This document shows positions 63,495-64,000 of a DNA stretch of 64,000 bases, one piece after another. Source of the stretch: Hydrolagus affinis (taxonomy: Eukaryota); the NCBI GenBank assembly GCA_012026655.1, contig JAAILG010001070.1:1-64000 (forward strand), given 5' to 3'. Position 1 is the stretch's first letter, and each line of letters begins with the position of its first letter. The notes below the pieces were generated by a model. That model worked only from the letters and a program-made list of their open reading frames with translations. It was not told the DNA's origin and searched no databases. A program made the position numbers and the translations under genes.

Positions 63495-63807
63495 GGAGTC
63501 CTGTAGCTCAGTGGCAAGTAGCACTTGCCTCGCTAGCAAGAGACCGGGGTTCAATTCCAGGCAGGTTAGGGCAAAACCTTGGGCAAGTTTCCATACTCTA
63601 CAGGCCTGATAATAATCCCTCCCCCACAAAAAAAAATTGGTCATTTCTATCCACGACTTTGTGGGGACGCTGCTGTACGCAATTGGCTGCCACGTTTTGC
63701 CCACAAAATATATAGTTATTCACTCAACAGTATATGCTGTGAAGCGGCTTTAAGATGTCTAGAAGACGTGATAAAGCGCCATATCAAATGCAAAGATGAT
63801 TATTATT
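63495..63807 (+). mobile_element. Full-length tRNA-derived SINE with L2-like tail (dominant repeat of the window)
   Basis: A box TAGCTCAGTGG 63504-63514, B box GGTTCAATTCC 63548-63558, (TTA)n tail; many partial copies across the window. Confidence 0.88.
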
Positions 63808-64000
63808 GAGTAAATAACAATGATAAATTGGGCATGGGGCAGCTGAGAGTCAGTGATAATCAGGAAACAGATGAGTGGTCCTGATGCAAAGTGAACAGAG
63901 CTTGAGAGAGAGGTTCAACATTGGTTGTTCACTTGCTGCCTTGATTGATATATTGTGGTATTTAATTTTCAATAGTTCCTCTCCTATATACAGTGTTGGG

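Noticed and set aside
63495-63565. tRNA gene
   Set aside because: The A/B boxes belong to a SINE head continuous with the SINE body and tail; no proper acceptor stem
1-64000. CRISPR array or prokaryotic defence system
   Set aside because: Eukaryotic intron-exon DNA; the recurring repeats are dispersed SINE tails without regular spacers

Overview
Vertebrate genomic DNA, most likely from a cartilaginous fish (holocephalan-like; inferred from the tRNA/L2-tailed SINEs, Deu-domain SINEs, and CR1, L2 and Penelope remnants). On the + strand are the 3' part of NOL8 (12 coding exons, 475-7532, including a U12-type AT-AC intron and a 1.74-kb exon) and, in tandem, IARS1 (cytosolic isoleucyl-tRNA synthetase: non-coding exon 1 near 12.5 kb and 31 coding exons at 13924-62869, continuing beyond the window). 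Between them on the - strand is an intronless 192-aa gene (9959-10537) with its own TATA/GC/CCAAT promoter and polyA signal. Its product is a CCER1/HEXIM-like protein with a basic motif, APRNTNQFLM and F-x-QRDF, but no C-terminal coiled coil. This is the most notable item. Also present: an ATF4-type CARE in IARS1 intron 1, several candidate structured intronic RNAs, a hAT MITE with an 8-bp TSD, a Tigger-like MITE and many SINE/LINE remnants. Homology calls are from memory of the families; no searches were run.
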